From contig NC_058368.1 in assembly GCF_018350175.1 (NCBI RefSeq), positions 174,966,001 through 175,030,000 of the forward strand: 64,000 nucleotides of DNA, read 5' to 3'. Positions within the stretch are counted from its first letter, which is position 1. The number at the start of each line of letters is the position of its first letter. Positions 61,960 through 64,000 of this stretch are shown here, in pieces. Under the pieces are notes generated by a model that did no database searches, was not told the origin of the DNA, and worked only from the letters and a program-made list of their open reading frames with translations. A program made the position numbers and the translations under genes. The DNA comes from Felis catus (Eukaryota).

Positions 61960-62160
61960 TTAACCGAGTCCAATTTATTAAAAATAATTGTCTTAATGAA
62001 TACTAATTATTCGATGTTCATTTAGTTCTGTGCTTCCCTTTGCTGGTACCTGTACTTCATATTAGTCATTATGAAACAACACGAGCGGCAAACTGTGTAA
62101 TTACAGACAAAGCATTTAAGACACAAACCAATAAAAATCAAAGGTAGGAGAAAAAATGCT
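61960..62160. promoter_or_regulatory. Candidate enhancer with abutting HOX13/CDX and TCF motifs
   Basis: CCAATAAAA (62128-62136) is immediately followed by ATCAAAG (62137-62143); also tttatta, taatta x2, taatg. Motif evidence only. Confidence 0.42.
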
Positions 62161-62459
62161 TTGAAGGGAGCTGGCAGAAGGTGGGGGTGGGGAGGGGTGT
62201 TGGGTGTTCGCCCCCCGGGGATCCGCCTGCCAGGACTCTCTCTCTCCAGATCGAGAGGAAATGAGACGCTGTTTCTGTCCAAGAAAAGGAGCCAGCGGGT
62301 CCTGTCTTTAAACAGGTCTGAAGAGAAACGCAGGCCGATGGAGCCCTTCTCCTCAGGGAGGGCACACGCAAGGGCGGGTTCGGGAAGGGGTGCCGTGCGA
62401 AGTCAGGCTTGGGGTGGGCTCTCGCCTTCTCCACACTACCAACTTGCTGGGCGACCGCC

Positions 62460-62621
62460 ACAGGTTGAATCGTGTCCCCTCGCCGTATCTGTATGGTAAA
62501 GCCCTTGCCCCCAAGACCTGAGAATGTGATCTTATGTAGAGATGGGAGTTTTTCAGAGGCAATCAAGTCAAACTGAAGACATCGGGGTGGGCCCTAATCT
62601 AAATTGACTATTGTCCTCACA
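62460..62621 (+). mobile_element. MLT1A/B-like LTR 5' fragment
   Basis: ggttgaatcgtgtcccc...gaatgtgatcttat...gggtgggccctaatc...tgactattgtcct. Confidence 0.75.
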
Positions 62622-63271
62622 AAAAAAGTACCACAAAGTGGGTGGCTGCTTAAATAGCGGAAATGTACTGTCTGGCGGTCTGGAGACCAGAAGTCCAAGG
62701 TCAAGGTGTTGGTGGGGTTGGTTCCTCCTGAGGCTGTGAGGGAGGGTCTGTTCCGTGCATCTCTCCTGGCCTCCGGTGGTGTTCCGGCAACCTTTGGCAG
62801 TCTCTGGCTCGTAGAAGCATCACCTTGATCGCGGTGACCCCCTGAGTGCATGTCTGTGCCCACATTTCCACTTTTGATATAGACGCCCGCCATATTTGGA
62901 TAAGAGCCCACCTTAATGTCCTCATTGTAACTTGATTACCGCTGTAAAGACCTTCCCTCTAGATAAGGTCGCATCCTGAGGTCCTGGGGGTTGGATCTCA
63001 ACATAAAATTTTTTTTAATGTTTATTTATTTATTTGGAGAAAGAGAGATAGAAAGTGAGTGGTGGGAGGGACAGAGAGACAGACAGACAGACAGACAGAC
63101 TCCCAAGCAGGCTCCTCACCGTCAGCCCAGAGCCAGAGGGCCTCGAACCCACGAACCGTGAGAGTCTGACCTGAGTCGAAACCAAGAGTTGGACACTTAA
63201 CCGACTGAGTCACCCAGGGTCCCCTCAACATAATGAATTTTTCTCAGGGGGACACAATTCAACACATAACA
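62622..63271 (-). mobile_element. MLT1B-like solo LTR split by a SINE
   Basis: aaagtaccacaaagtgggtggct...ccagaagtccaaggtcaaggtgttgg...ttcctcctgaggctgtgagggag...gggggacacaattcaacacataaca. Confidence 0.88.
63009..63224 (-). mobile_element. Older CanSINE
   Basis: actcccaagcaggctcc, accaagagttggac; TSD tcaacataa. Confidence 0.92.
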
Positions 63272-64000
63272 GTAACCTTGGGCAGGTATCTTCCTGCCTC
63301 TGAGCTCAGTTTACCTACCTGCAAAATAAGATGTAACCAAATAACCTCCAAGGGCTTTTCAGCCCTGAAGTCCTCGGTAGGCCAAACAAATCTCAGCCCC
63401 TAGATCCAGGCTTGTCCCAAAGGCTGCAGAAACGGACACAGACTCCAATTTACAACCAGGCACGTGAGGCTGGAACCTGCCTTTGAAAGAGAATTATGGC
63501 AAAGGCATACTTGCCCAGGGGCGTCTTCGTGATTAGTTTGGGGAGGCCCCGCAGATAACTCTCCAGATCTCCGCGGCCAAGCACTCCGCCGAGTCGGGCA
63601 CAGAGGATCCCGGCCTGGACTCAGTCCCTGGAGACCGGTCATCGGGCAGACCCGAGGCTAGGCAAGAGCCCCTGAGATGTGGAATTAGGTCACCCACTCT
63701 TTCCATTAGGTCATCAAAAAGCTATGGGACAGGCAATAGCTTTAATCACCTGCACTCAGCTACGCCCAGTTGAAGCCAGAGGCCCTGGGGGAAAGGTCTC
63801 CTATCTCACAGTCCTCTGATGCATCTAGTGCCTGTGCTGATGCCCGTATCTTCTGTCTTGGTCACAACGGTGATTTTATCTCTGGCTCTCTGAATACCAG
63901 CCATTACAATGGGAGAGGGGGCTCTCGGACCACTGGTGCCAGGCGCCAGCTATGACAGATTTGCACACCAAGCCCTCATCTACCCTTGAAAAATGAATCG

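Overview
This is mammalian non-coding DNA from a cat-family (Felidae) genome, judged from about 33 tRNA-derived carnivore SINEs, many of the young felid type. I could not support any intact protein-coding exon, tRNA, rRNA or CRISPR feature. The ORFs in the track are chance frames or translations of repeats. Much of the window is repeats: SINEs, a ~4.6 kb decayed L1 with nested insertions, old L1M/L2/MIR fragments, MaLR/ERVL LTRs, hAT MITEs and microsatellites. Between them sit several repeat-free blocks rich in homeodomain/TCF/FOX motifs that look like enhancers of a gene desert or large intron; I cannot name the locus. The most informative hidden feature, missed by the ORF track, is a decayed gamma-type endogenous retrovirus env gene at ~35.4-36.15 kb. 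It keeps a readable immunosuppressive domain, a CX6C(C) motif, a membrane anchor and a tail, and is followed by a polypurine tract and a probable 3' LTR. Other points of interest are a chimeric SINE tandem with a 46-bp target duplication, neighbouring inverted SINEs sharing a private variant, an exact 23-bp doublet 1.7 kb apart and a 655-nt pure-purine tract. I found no convincing novel multi-gene system. Repeat family names come from recalled consensus similarity, and boundaries of old repeats are approximate.
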